The position numbers and the translations under genes are program-made. A DNA stretch of 64,000 bases, from assembly GCA_963767925.1 (NCBI GenBank), contig CAVYGB010000008.1, positions 3,072,001-3,136,000 of the forward strand, given 5' to 3'. Numbering within the stretch: the stretch's first letter is position 1; each line of letters opens with the position of its first letter. A model generated the notes under the pieces. That model had not been told where the DNA came from. It saw only the letters and a program-made list of their open reading frames with translations, and ran no database searches. The DNA comes from an uncultured delta proteobacterium. Its GTDB lineage: Bacteria; Myxococcota_A; Polyangia; Fen-1088. This document shows positions 43,856 to 54,239 of the stretch, one piece after another.

Positions 43856-44749
43856 ATGGCCAGGCCCCTCGCCACCGTCGCAGGCGCCGTCACCGACGCC
43901 GTCGCCACCTTCGGGCGCATGGTGAAGTTCAGCCACACCCTCTTCGCCCTGCCCTTCGCCCTGGCCGCCGCCGCCATCGCCGCCCGCGATCACGGCCTGA
44001 GCGCTGGCCGCCTGCTGGCCATCGTGCTGGCCATGGTCGGCGCCCGCACCGCCGCCATGGGCTTCAACCGCATCGTCGATCGGGACCTCGACGCCCTCAA
44101 CCCCCGCACCGCCGGGCGCGAGCTGCCGAGCGGGCGCGTCTCGCTGGCGGCGGCCTGGACCTTGACCCTGGCCAGCACGGCGCTGTTCGTGGGGGCTGCC
44201 GCCTGGCTGGGCCCCCTCTGCCTGGCCCTGTCGCCGGTGGCCCTGGCCCTGCTGTTCGGCTATTCGTACACAAAGCGCTTCACCTGGCTGTGCCACCTGT
44301 TCCTGGGGCTGGCCATCGCCGCCGGCCCGGGCGGGGCCTGGATCGCCGTGGCGGGGAGCGTGTCGGCGCCCGCCCTCTGGCTGATGGCCGCGGTGGCCAC
44401 CTGGATCGGCGGCTTCGACATCCTCTACGCGCTCGCCGACCGCGACTTCGATCTGGCCCACGGGCTCCGGTCGATCCCCGCCCGCTTCGGCGTGCGCGGG
44501 GCGCTGATCCTGTCGGCTGGCCTGCATGCGCTGACCGTTGTGGCCCTCTGTGGCCTGGCCCGGGCCGCCCACCTCGGTCCGGTCTACTGGCTGGGCATCA
44601 CCGTTATCACCGCCATCCTGCTCTGGGAGCACGCCGTGGTCCGCCCCTCGGATCTCAGCCGCCTCGACATGGCCTTCTTCACGCTCAACGGGTATGTCTC
44701 GGTGGCCTTCCTTGTCGCCACCGGCCTCGATCTGATCTGGAAAATCTGA
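43856..44749 (+). CDS. UbiA-family prenyltransferase (MqnP-like)
   Basis: KFSHTLFALPFA, ARTAAMGFNRIVDRDLDALNPRT, YSYTKRF, GFDILYA. Confidence 0.92.
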   Translation: MARPLATVAGAVTDAVATFGRMVKFSHTLFALPFALAAAAIAARDHGLSAGRLLAIVLAMVGARTAAMGFNRIVDRDLDALNPRTAGRELPSGRVSLAAAWTLTLASTALFVGAAAWLGPLCLALSPVALALLFGYSYTKRFTWLCHLFLGLAIAAGPGGAWIAVAGSVSAPALWLMAAVATWIGGFDILYALADRDFDLAHGLRSIPARFGVRGALILSAGLHALTVVALCGLARAAHLGPVYWLGITVITAILLWEHAVVRPSDLSRLDMAFFTLNGYVSVAFLVATGLDLIWKI

Positions 44750-44761
44750 CCGGACCAAACC

Positions 44762-44790
44762 TTGACAGCGGGAATCGCTCTCCTCATCAT
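44762..44790 (+). promoter_or_regulatory. Sigma-70 promoter of the tRNA pair
   Basis: TTGACA-N17-CATCAT, 14 nt before tRNA-Arg. Confidence 0.7.
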
Positions 44791-44804
44791 GTCCCCCCTG
44801 TCAT

Positions 44805-44878
44805 GCGCCTGTAGCTCAACTGGATAGAGCATCGGCCTTCGAAGCCGAGGGCTGGGGGTTCGATTCCCTCCGGGCGCG
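44805..44878 (+). tRNA. tRNA-Arg(TCG)
   Basis: Cloverleaf; TCGGC-CTTCGAA-GCCGA anticodon arm; GGTTCGATTCC. Confidence 0.93.
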
Positions 44879-44910
44879 CGACGCGAGCACGACGACGAAA
44901 ACTGAAAACC

Positions 44911-44983
44911 GGGCGCATAGCTCAACTGGTAGAGCAGTGGACTCTTAATCCATTGGTTGTAAGTTCGATTCTTACTGCGCCCA
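44911..44983 (+). tRNA. tRNA-Lys(CTT)
   Basis: GGGCGCA/TGCGCCC acceptor stem; GTGGA-CTCTTAA-TCCAT anticodon arm. Confidence 0.93.
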
Positions 44984-45308
44984 CACCAGCTCGCTTCTCC
45001 GTGGAAGGCCGTGAGGGCCCCGCCGCCTGAACCAGGCGGCAGGAGGCCTCGGCCGACCCGGGCGGGCCGTGGTCCCCTCCCCCGGAGCGGCTGATTCGTG
45101 GGCTGGCCGCACCAAGCGGCGGGTCCCGTCCGATACCGGGGTGCATGCATAGACGCAGTGCCCTCGGAAAAACGCTGTCCCCTGGCGAGATGAATCTTCG
45201 GATCTGTCTGCCAGCCGGGGCTGGTCGGTCCAGTTGCTCGCCTCCGAGCCCCCTTTTTCGCGGCGCGCACCCGTAGCATTCTTCTTCGGGAAGAGGGATT
45301 GCTGCCAG

Positions 45309-45959
45309 ATGGGGCCCGGGCAAGTGGAGGACGAGATCGAGCGACTGCTCCCGCGCGTGTGCGCGGGGGATGAGTCGGCCTGGCAGGGCCTCTGGCGGCT
45401 GCTCGATCCCCGCCTCGACGCGCTCGTCCGGCGCCGGCGCTTGCTCGGCCGCCTGTCGCTCAGCGACGAGGACCGGCGGGTGGTAGCCCGGCTGGTGATG
45501 GAGCGCCTCCGCCAGGACGGCTACCGGCGGCTGAAGATGTTCAGAGAAGAACGCCAGCGGACCAGGACGCTCTCCTTTCTGGCCTGGCTCACGGTGGTGG
45601 CCCGGCACGTGGCGATCGACTACCTGCGGGCGCATCCCGACTATGTCGCGGGTGGCCCCCGCCGCTCCGAGCGACCCGGGACGGTGTTGCCGCCCGAGCC
45701 GCCGCCCGAGAGCGAGGGCCCTCCCGCCCAGCCACCCGTCACCGTGAAGGGGACGGCGGGCGAGCTGCTCGACTACGCCCGGCGGGAGCTGCCCGACCCG
45801 CAGCACCGGGCCCTCGAGATGTGGATGGCCGGCCGGCCGAGCGAGGACATCGCGGTGATGTTGCAGATGTCGAACGCCGAGGCCCAGCGCACGATCCGCG
45901 CCGCGGTCGAACGGCTGCGGCGGCGCTTCCCCGCAAGCGTCCCGGGGGAGCTGCCATGA
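45309..45959 (+). CDS. ECF-type sigma factor
   Basis: GDESAW, SFLAWLTVVARHVAIDYLR, C-terminal HTH (SEDIAVMLQMS). Confidence 0.75.
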   Translation: MGPGQVEDEIERLLPRVCAGDESAWQGLWRLLDPRLDALVRRRRLLGRLSLSDEDRRVVARLVMERLRQDGYRRLKMFREERQRTRTLSFLAWLTVVARHVAIDYLRAHPDYVAGGPRRSERPGTVLPPEPPPESEGPPAQPPVTVKGTAGELLDYARRELPDPQHRALEMWMAGRPSEDIAVMLQMSNAEAQRTIRAAVERLRRRFPASVPGELP

Positions 45960-47878
45960 CCGCCTGTCCCAGCATCGAGGCCCTCGGGCGGGGGGGCGAG
46001 CAGGTGGCGCGGCACCTGGCCCGCTGCCCGGTCTGCCAGTCGATCGCCCGCCGCCTGACCGCCGAGCGACGCGCCGGCGGCGGCGACCTGTGCGCGCGCG
46101 CCGAGCTGCTCATCGCGGTCGGCGCCGCCACCCCCCTGTCGCCCGAGGACGCGATGTTCCTGTCGAGCTACCTCACCCGCTGCTCGACCTGCCGGGAGAC
46201 GGCGCTCGAGCCGCCGCCCATCGACGACGAGCTGGGGGTGCCGGGCGTGGCCTCGGAGACCTACGCCATCGGGGCCGAGATCGGGCGGGGCGGGATGGGG
46301 CGGGTCATCACCGCCCGCGATCGTCGCATCGGCCGGGCCGTCGCCCTCAAGGAGCTGCTCAACGCCGAGCCGGCGGCCATCGCCCGCTTCGAGCGGGAGG
46401 CCCGCCTGACCACCCGCCTGCAGCACCCGGCGATCGTCTCGATCTACGAGGTGGGGCGCTGGCCCGACGGACGGCCCTTCTACGCGATGCCGATCCTCCG
46501 CGGCCGCACCCTGCATCAGGCCATCGGCGAGGCGGCCGGCCCCGCCGAGCGCCTGCGCCTGCTGCCGTCGCTGATCGCCGCCGCCGACGCCATCGCCTAC
46601 GCCCACAGCCGGCGAATCATCCACCGGGACATGACCCCCGCGAACATCCTGCTGGGCGCCTTCGGCGAGACGACGGTCATCGACTGGGGGCTGGCCAAGG
46701 ACCTCGACGAGCCGGTGTCGGCCGACGACCGGCACGGGGTGAGCCGCTACATCGGCCTCACCGCGCCCGGCACGGTCATGGGGACGCCGGCCTACCTCGC
46801 GCCCGAGCAGGCCGACGGCGGCGCGGTGGACGAGCGGGTCGACGTCTACGCGCTGGGCGCCATCCTCTACCACCTGCTGGTGGGCCGGCCTCCCTACGGC
46901 GACGCCGGCCCGGGCACGGTGATCGAACGCCTGCGCGCCCGCCAGCGGCCCGAGCGGGTGACGCCGGAGCGGGGGGTTCCACCCGAGCTGATGAGCGTGG
47001 CCAACCTGGCCATGAACCCCGACCGGGGCGGGCGCTACCAGGCCGCCTCGACCTTCGTCGAGGACCTCCGCCGCTACCAGCTCGGCGAGCGGGTGCGGGC
47101 CCACACCTACCCGGGGCGCGAGCTCGCCTCGCGCTGGCTGTCCCGGCACCTCGCCCTGGTGGCCACCGTGTCGAGCGTGCTGGCCCTCGTGGGGGTGACC
47201 GCCACCGTGGGGTCGCTGCAGGTCTCGCGCGAGCGGCGGCGGGCCGACGCGGCCAGCCTGGAGCTGGACATCGCCCAGCGCATGCTGGCCAACGCGAGCG
47301 GCGTCGCGGTGGAGTCCCACGACGACAACCGCCGCCTCGACGAGCCCCGCAACCTCGACTTCAGCGAGCCGGAGTACCGGGACGGGCTGCCCCCGGGGTG
47401 GATGCGCTGGCTCACCGACCGCCGGGACCACGTCATCGGCATCGATCGCCAGGACCGGCACCAGGGCCGGCCGACGGCCTACGTGCGATCCAAGCCGGAT
47501 CGCACGGCCCCCGGCTTCGGGACCCTCATGCAGACCATCGCCGCCTCGAAGCACCGGCAGCAGCGGCTGCGCTTCTCCGCGCTGGTGCGCACGGCCGACG
47601 TGGCCGGGACGGCCGGGCTGTGGATCCGCGCCGAGGGCGGCGACTCGGTCTCGGGGCCGGGGGCCTTCGACAACATGCAGGACCGCCCCATCCAGGGGAC
47701 GACAACCTGGCGCCGCTACGAGGTGTTCGTCAACGTCCCGGCCAACGCCCGGGCCATCGCCTTCGGGGCCTTCCTCCAGGGGACCGGGGCGATGAGCTTC
47801 ACCGATCCCCGGCTGGAGATCGCCCCTCCCAGCAGCGTGCCGGTCAGCCCCTCGGCCCGGCCCGCCGCCTTCCCCTGA
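45956..47878 (+). CDS. Membrane Ser/Thr kinase with N-terminal zinc-finger motifs and an extracytoplasmic beta-sandwich domain
   Basis: HLARCPVC; GRGGMG, VALKE, HRDMTPAN, DWGLAK, GTPAYLAPEQ; TM helix; FDNMQDRPIQGTTTW. Confidence 0.88.
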   Translation: MTACPSIEALGRGGEQVARHLARCPVCQSIARRLTAERRAGGGDLCARAELLIAVGAATPLSPEDAMFLSSYLTRCSTCRETALEPPPIDDELGVPGVASETYAIGAEIGRGGMGRVITARDRRIGRAVALKELLNAEPAAIARFEREARLTTRLQHPAIVSIYEVGRWPDGRPFYAMPILRGRTLHQAIGEAAGPAERLRLLPSLIAAADAIAYAHSRRIIHRDMTPANILLGAFGETTVIDWGLAKDLDEPVSADDRHGVSRYIGLTAPGTVMGTPAYLAPEQADGGAVDERVDVYALGAILYHLLVGRPPYGDAGPGTVIERLRARQRPERVTPERGVPPELMSVANLAMNPDRGGRYQAASTFVEDLRRYQLGERVRAHTYPGRELASRWLSRHLALVATVSSVLALVGVTATVGSLQVSRERRRADAASLELDIAQRMLANASGVAVESHDDNRRLDEPRNLDFSEPEYRDGLPPGWMRWLTDRRDHVIGIDRQDRHQGRPTAYVRSKPDRTAPGFGTLMQTIAASKHRQQRLRFSALVRTADVAGTAGLWIRAEGGDSVSGPGAFDNMQDRPIQGTTTWRRYEVFVNVPANARAIAFGAFLQGTGAMSFTDPRLEIAPPSSVPVSPSARPAAFP

Positions 47879-47881
47879 CGT

Positions 47882-48436
47882 TCAGGGCGCGGGCGGGGCC
47901 GCCGGGGCCGGCGTCTTCGGGCGGGGGATGTAGGCCGGCCGGAGCGCCTTCATGATGCGCTCGCGGGCGGCGTTGGGGTGCTCACGCATGTCGAGGTCCC
48001 GCACCCGTTCGAGGGTGTGGTGCAGCAGCTCGAGCCGGGTCCGTTCGGTCTCGCTGCAGGGCGTGCTCGAGCCGGCGCGGCAGAGGGCCAGGGCCCGGTC
48101 GGCCGCGAGGTAGGCCGGCCCGGCCTCGAAGTGGTCGGCCAGGGCCAGGGCCCGGCGGGTGTGCAGGCGGTGGTCCTGACCGGCGCGGTCGATGGCCCGG
48201 GTGGCGGTGGCGAGGGCCCAGTCCGGCCGGCGCGCGTCGAGGAACAGATCGGACAGCTCCAGCGAGGCGGCGGGCTGACCCGGGTCGGCCAGCAGGGTGG
48301 CCTCCAGCTCCGCGACGCGCAGCCGCCCCTCGGGATCGAGGCGCAAGCCCGGCTGCACGCGCACGTCGGGGCGCGGAAGCAGCACCACCACGGCGCACAG
48401 GCCCAGGACGGCGATGTCCAGCACCCGCGAAAACAT
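47882..48436 (-). CDS. Hypothetical membrane-anchored TPR-like protein
   Basis: N-terminal hydrophobic anchor and helical repeats; follows the macB permease. Confidence 0.6.
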   Translation of the reverse strand: MFSRVLDIAVLGLCAVVVLLPRPDVRVQPGLRLDPEGRLRVAELEATLLADPGQPAASLELSDLFLDARRPDWALATATRAIDRAGQDHRLHTRRALALADHFEAGPAYLAADRALALCRAGSSTPCSETERTRLELLHHTLERVRDLDMREHPNAARERIMKALRPAYIPRPKTPAPAAPPAP

Positions 48437-48439
48437 GGC

Positions 48440-49662
48440 CTATTCGTAGCGCAGAGCTTCGATGGGATCCAGGCGGGAGGCCCGCCAGGCCGGATAAAAC
48501 CCGAACACGATCCCCACCAGGGTCGAGAAGGAGACCGCGATGGCGTAGCTCTCGGCCCCGAGCTGGGTGGGCCACTCCATGAGCTGGGAGAACAGCTTGG
48601 CCGCCCCCGTGCCGAGCCCCACCCCCACCAGGCCGCCGATCATGGTGAGCACCACCGCCTCGAGGAGGAACTGCAGCAGCACGTGTTTCCCCTTGGCCCC
48701 CACCGCCATGCGGATGCCTATCTCCCGGGTCCGCTCGGTGACCGAGACCAGCATGATGTTCATGATGCCGATGCCGCCCACGATGAGGGAGACGGCGGCG
48801 ATCCCGGCCAGCAGGAGAGTCATGGTCTTGTTGGCCTCCTGGGCGGCCTCGGCGAACTCGGTCATGTCGCGCACGATGGGATCGTCGGGGTCCCCCTCGC
48901 GCGTGCGCTTGCGCTGGCGGAGCAGGTCCTGCACCTGCTGCTGGGCCCGGACGGTGTCCCCGGCCGAGGTGGCCGACAGGTTGATCCGCTCGACCCCCTG
49001 GGCCTGGGACCCGCCCGCGTTGTTCAGCTTGCGGCGCACGGCCGTGATGGGCATGAACACGACGTCGTCGAGATCCTGGCCGCCCGCCCCCTGCCCCTTG
49101 CGGGCCAGGACGCCGATCACCTGGCAGTTCATGGTGCGCACCCGGATGGTCTGCCCGAGCGGATCTTCGCCGCCGAAGACCTGATCGACGACCACCTGAC
49201 CGAGGACGCAGACCTTGTTGGCGGTGTCGACGTCGCGCTGGCCGAAGAAGGCCCCCCGCTGAATGGTCCAGGCGCGCACGTGGACGTAGTCGGGGGTGGT
49301 GCCGCGGATCTGGGTCGACCAGTTGAGCCCGCCCCAGACCACCTGGGCCATGCTCGACACCTCGGGCGCGGCGTAGCGGACGGCGTCGCACTCCTTGCGG
49401 ATGGCCTCGACGTCGTCGTCGTTGAGGGTGAGGCCGCCGCCGCCCCGCACGCCGCCGAAGGAGCCGCCGCCGCCCCGGACCATCAGCACGTTCGAGCCCA
49501 TGGCCGCCATCTGGGCCGCCACCCGCTCGCTGGCCCCCCGCCCCAGCGCCACCATGGCGATGAAGGCACCGACGCCGATCATGATCCCCAGGGTGGTGAG
49601 CAGGGCCCGCAGCCGGTGGCGGGAGAAGCCCTTGACCGCGATCCGGAGCAGCCCGAAAAAGC

Positions 49663-49666
<4 letters not shown>
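48440..49666 (-). CDS. MacB-type ABC permease
   Basis: LTTLGIMIGV, VGGIGIMNIMLVSVTERTREIGIR, LDPIEALRYE. Confidence 0.93.
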
Positions 49667-50445
<779 letters not shown>

Positions 50446-50455
50446 GGCAGGCCGC

Positions 50456-51916
50456 CTAGAAGAAGCGCGGTCCCCGGCCCCGGCCCCCACCGGGCGGGGT
50501 GGCCGGCCGCGCCGGCGACTGTTGCAGGCCCGGGCCGGTCGCCTCGGTCACGAGCTCGTCCCCCTCCTCGAGCTGGCCGCGCAGCACCTCGGTGAACTGC
50601 TCGTCGGCGATGCCGGCCCGGAAGGGGACCGCCACCACCCTGGTGCCCTCTTGCTTGTAGACCCGGGTCGCCATGCGGGGACCTCCCTCGCCGCCGGCGC
50701 GGCGAGAGCCGCCGCCACCGCCGCCGGGCCGCTCGCCCCCCTGGCCGCCGCCACGGCGGAACCCCTGGCCGCCGCCGGGACCGCCCCCGCCCTCGCGGTT
50801 GCGGCCCAGGCCCTCGCCGGTTCGGGCCATGGCCCCTTCGCCCTCGCGCCAGCGTCGCCCCCCACCTTCGCCCTCGGCGCCGCCGTCGCGACGGCCGAAG
50901 CCGCCGGAGCCCTGCCCGGGCGCCCGGCTCTGGGTCGACACGAGCTCGGGGGGCGGCTTGAACCGGAGGGCCACGTTGGGGATGCGCAGGACGTTCTCGC
51001 GCTTCTCGGTCACGATGCGCACGCTGGCCGTCATGCCCGGACGCAGCCGCCCGTCGGCGTTGTCGACCCGCAAGATGGCGTCGTAGGTGACGACGTTCTG
51101 CACGACGTTGGGGTTCGAGCGGATCTGATGGATGGTGGCCAGGAACTCCCGGCCCGGATGGGCGTCGACGGTGAAGCGGGCCTCCAGCCCCTCGCGCAGC
51201 TTGCCCACGTCCGCCTCGTCGACCGCCGCCCGGACCTCCATCTTCGAGAGGTCCTGGGCGATGGTGAACAGGGTGGGCGCCGAGAGCGAGGCCGCCACCG
51301 TCTGCCCGACGTCGACCGCGCGCTGCAGGACCGTCCCGTCGATCGGCGATTTGATGGTTGTGCGCTCGAGGTCGACCATGGCGATGCCCACCTGGGCCCG
51401 GGCCTGGGCCACCTGGGCGTCGGACGACTGGATCTCGACCTCGGTGAGGTCGTATTTCGCCTTGAGGTCGTCGAGCTCCGACTCGCCGATGACCTTCTTG
51501 TCGGCCAGGGCGCGGGCCCGCTCGTATTCGCGCTTGCTCGCCTCGTGGCTCACGCGGGCCTTGGCCAAGGAGGCCTGGGCGTTCTTGAGCGAGGCCCGGG
51601 CCTGCTCGACGTTGGCCTTGAAGCGGGTGGGCTCGATCTGGGCGATGATCTGCCCTTCCTTGACCTGGCTGTTGAAGTCGGCGCCCAGCTTCTGGATGAT
51701 GCCGGAGACCTGCGATCCCACCAGCACCGTGACCACGGCGCTGAGCTGGCCGGTGGCGGTGACCGTCTGCTCGATGGTGCCGCGATCGAGGGTCGCGGTC
51801 CTGAAGGTGATGTCGCTGCTGCTCGACGAGCGGCGCAGGGCAAAGTAGCCGACGCCCGCGCCGATCACGACGAGGAGCACGGCGGCCTTCACATAACGTT
51901 GGCGATTACGCGTCAT
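50456..51916 (-). CDS. MacA-type periplasmic adaptor
   Basis: VGSQVSGII, SPIDG, GQTVAASLSAPTLF, LRPGMTA; Gly/Arg-rich insert. Confidence 0.92.
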   Translation of the reverse strand: MTRNRQRYVKAAVLLVVIGAGVGYFALRRSSSSSDITFRTATLDRGTIEQTVTATGQLSAVVTVLVGSQVSGIIQKLGADFNSQVKEGQIIAQIEPTRFKANVEQARASLKNAQASLAKARVSHEASKREYERARALADKKVIGESELDDLKAKYDLTEVEIQSSDAQVAQARAQVGIAMVDLERTTIKSPIDGTVLQRAVDVGQTVAASLSAPTLFTIAQDLSKMEVRAAVDEADVGKLREGLEARFTVDAHPGREFLATIHQIRSNPNVVQNVVTYDAILRVDNADGRLRPGMTASVRIVTEKRENVLRIPNVALRFKPPPELVSTQSRAPGQGSGGFGRRDGGAEGEGGGRRWREGEGAMARTGEGLGRNREGGGGPGGGQGFRRGGGQGGERPGGGGGGSRRAGGEGGPRMATRVYKQEGTRVVAVPFRAGIADEQFTEVLRGQLEEGDELVTEATGPGLQQSPARPATPPGGGRGRGPRFF

Positions 51917-52245
51917 GGGGGGAAGCTCTCCTATGTGGACCTCGTCCCCGGTTCAAAGTTAGTCGCCATCGTACGCGGGGTCGGGGCAAACCGGGCCTCG
52001 AGCTGAGCGCGAACGGATCGCGCGATCTTAGCTCCGCGCGTCGAGGACGACCTTTCGCACACCGCCAGGAACATCTCCGCAGGCGGTTCCCGGATGGGGG
52101 TCCGCGCGGGATTCCAGTCGCGCAGCTAACGCGCGGTTTCAGCGTCGGCCCAAACCTCCCCGCCTCGGGGCAAAAAGCTACACCCGCCGGGAGCTTCACC
52201 GTGTGGTGACAGCCACTTCTGGGCTGGACAACCCGTCAGAAGCTG

Positions 52246-52260
52246 TGGCATTTGAATTGC
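52246..52260 (+). promoter_or_regulatory. Sigma-54 (-24/-12) promoter upstream of the motor operon
   Basis: TGGCAT-TTGAA-TTGC with exact GG-N10-GC spacing. Confidence 0.65.
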
Positions 52261-52401
52261 CTCTCGGCCCCCCCAGGAGCTCTTCACGTCCGAGGTCTGC
52301 CCGCCCGTTGATCCGGTCCATCAGGCCTCGAAGGCTGGCTCGAGGGCACCGCAGGCCCGATCCGGCCAGCGTCATCCGCCGCGCACATCAAGGAGGATTC
52401 G

Positions 52402-53043
52402 ATGAGTGTTCTCAAGGGTATGGCAGATGCCTTCCACATGGGCGGCCCCGGGATGTGGCCGATCCTGATCCTGCTCATGCTCACGATCGCCATCGTGGTC
52501 GAGCGCGCGGTCTTTCTCCGTCGCGCCGTCGTGGACAAGGACAAGCTCATGGGCCTGCTCCGCTCGCAGATCTCGGCGGGGAACATCCAGGGCGCCATCA
52601 AGGTGTGCTCGGGCAACTCGGCGCCCATCACCCGCATCGTCCAGGCCGGCCTGATGCGGGCCAACCGCTCGGAGGAGGAGATCCAGTCGGCGATGGACGA
52701 GGCCAGCTTGCGCGAGCTGCCCGCCATCGAGAAGCGGACCGGCTACCTGGCCATGCTCAGCAACCTCGCCACCCTGGCCGGTCTGCTCGGCACCATCCAC
52801 GGCCTCATCGGGGCCTTCGCCGGGGTCGCCGGCGTCGATCCCGCCCAGAAGGCCTCGCTGCTCTCGAAGGGCATCTCGGAGGCCATGCACTGCACGTTCT
52901 TCGGGCTGCTGGTCGGCATCGTCGGCCTGGCCGCCTTCGCCTGGCTCAACGGCAAGACCCAATCGATCCTCGACGACGCCGCGGAAGCGAAGAAGAGCGT
53001 CGCCAACATGGTGATCACGGCCAAGGCCGCCCTGCGTGGCTAG
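52402..53043 (+). CDS. MotA/TolQ/ExbB proton channel (AglR-like), copy 1
   Basis: GGPGMWPI, LAGLLGTIHGLI, GISEAM; GGAGG RBS. Confidence 0.9.
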   Translation: MSVLKGMADAFHMGGPGMWPILILLMLTIAIVVERAVFLRRAVVDKDKLMGLLRSQISAGNIQGAIKVCSGNSAPITRIVQAGLMRANRSEEEIQSAMDEASLRELPAIEKRTGYLAMLSNLATLAGLLGTIHGLIGAFAGVAGVDPAQKASLLSKGISEAMHCTFFGLLVGIVGLAAFAWLNGKTQSILDDAAEAKKSVANMVITAKAALRG

Positions 53044-53085
53044 GCGCAGGCTCGTTCCAAGTCCCGAAACAAGGAGAAAGACCCG

Positions 53086-53709
53086 ATGAATCTCTGGGAG
53101 TTCTTCAAGCTGGGTGGCCCGGGCATGTGGCCGATCCTCGTCCTCCTCATCATCACGGCTTATATCGCCATCGAGCGCTGGCTGTACCTGAGCAAGGCCA
53201 AGATCGACGTGGACAAGCTCATGTCGCTGCTCAAGTCGCAGATCGTCTCGGGCAACATCCGCGGGGCGATCTCCACCTGTGAGGCCACCCCGGCGCCGCT
53301 GACCCGCATCATCGCGGCCGGCCTGCGGCGGGTGGGCGGTCCCGAGCAGGAGGTCCAGCAGGCGATGGACGAGGAGGCCCTGCGCGAGCTGCCCCGGGTC
53401 GAGAAGCGCACCGGGTACCTCGCCATGCTCAGCAACCTCGCCACCCTGGCCGGTCTGCTCGGCACCATCCACGGCCTCATCGGCTCCTTCGCCGCCGTGG
53501 TCGGCGTCGACCCGTCCCTCAAAGCGACATTGCTCTCGAGGGGTATCTCGGAGGCCATGCACTGCACCTTCTTCGGGCTGCTCACCGGCATCCTGGGGCT
53601 GGCGCTGTTCGCCGTGCTCAACGGCAAGACCCAGGCGATCATCGACTCCATCAACCAGGGGTCGGTCGAGGCGCTCAACCTCGCCACCACCGGCCGGAAC
53701 GAGGGCTGA
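53086..53709 (+). CDS. MotA/TolQ/ExbB proton channel (AglR-like), copy 2
   Basis: Same motifs as copy 1; AGGAG RBS. Confidence 0.9.
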   Translation: MNLWEFFKLGGPGMWPILVLLIITAYIAIERWLYLSKAKIDVDKLMSLLKSQIVSGNIRGAISTCEATPAPLTRIIAAGLRRVGGPEQEVQQAMDEEALRELPRVEKRTGYLAMLSNLATLAGLLGTIHGLIGSFAAVVGVDPSLKATLLSRGISEAMHCTFFGLLTGILGLALFAVLNGKTQAIIDSINQGSVEALNLATTGRNEG

Positions 53710-53756
53710 TCCAACGCCGGGACCAACGGGTTTCCCAGCAAGGGAGCTGAACCAAC

Positions 53757-54230
53757 ATGGGTGTTTCCATCCAGTCCGGAGGCGGGGGCGGCAAGAAGCC
53801 GCTCAACGCCGACCTCAACCTGGTCCCCTATATCGACCTGCTCACCTGCATGGTCGCCTTCCTGCTCATCACGGCGGTGTGGACGCAGCTTGCCCGCTTG
53901 CAGGCCAGTCAGAAGGGCCAGGGGCAGGCCGGCGAGGACACCCCTCCCGAGCAGCAGGTCAACATCGTCGTGGTGGTCAACCAGGACGGCTACAACCTGG
54001 TGGTCGGCCAGGAGCAGACCCCCATCCCCAAGAAGGGCGAGGGCTACGACCTCGAGAAGCTCGGCACCGAGCTCAAGAAGGTCAAGGACGCCCACCCCGA
54101 CAAGAACGACGTCAAGGTGGCCTCCGAGGACCAGATCAAGTTCGAGACCCTGGTCTTCACGATGGATGCTGTGTTGAGCGCGAGGTTCCCTGACATCTCA
54201 CTTGTCGATACCGGGGCGGCCGGGATCTAG
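53757..54230 (+). CDS. ExbD/TolR family protein (AglQ-like)
   Basis: LNLVPYIDLL TM segment with the conserved Asp; FLLITAVWTQ. Confidence 0.88.
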   Translation: MGVSIQSGGGGGKKPLNADLNLVPYIDLLTCMVAFLLITAVWTQLARLQASQKGQGQAGEDTPPEQQVNIVVVVNQDGYNLVVGQEQTPIPKKGEGYDLEKLGTELKKVKDAHPDKNDVKVASEDQIKFETLVFTMDAVLSARFPDISLVDTGAAGI

Positions 54231-54239
54231 GAGCGGACC

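Noticed and set aside
44984..47878. Island integrated at tRNA-Lys
   Set aside because: No integrase and no duplicate of the tRNA 3' end found
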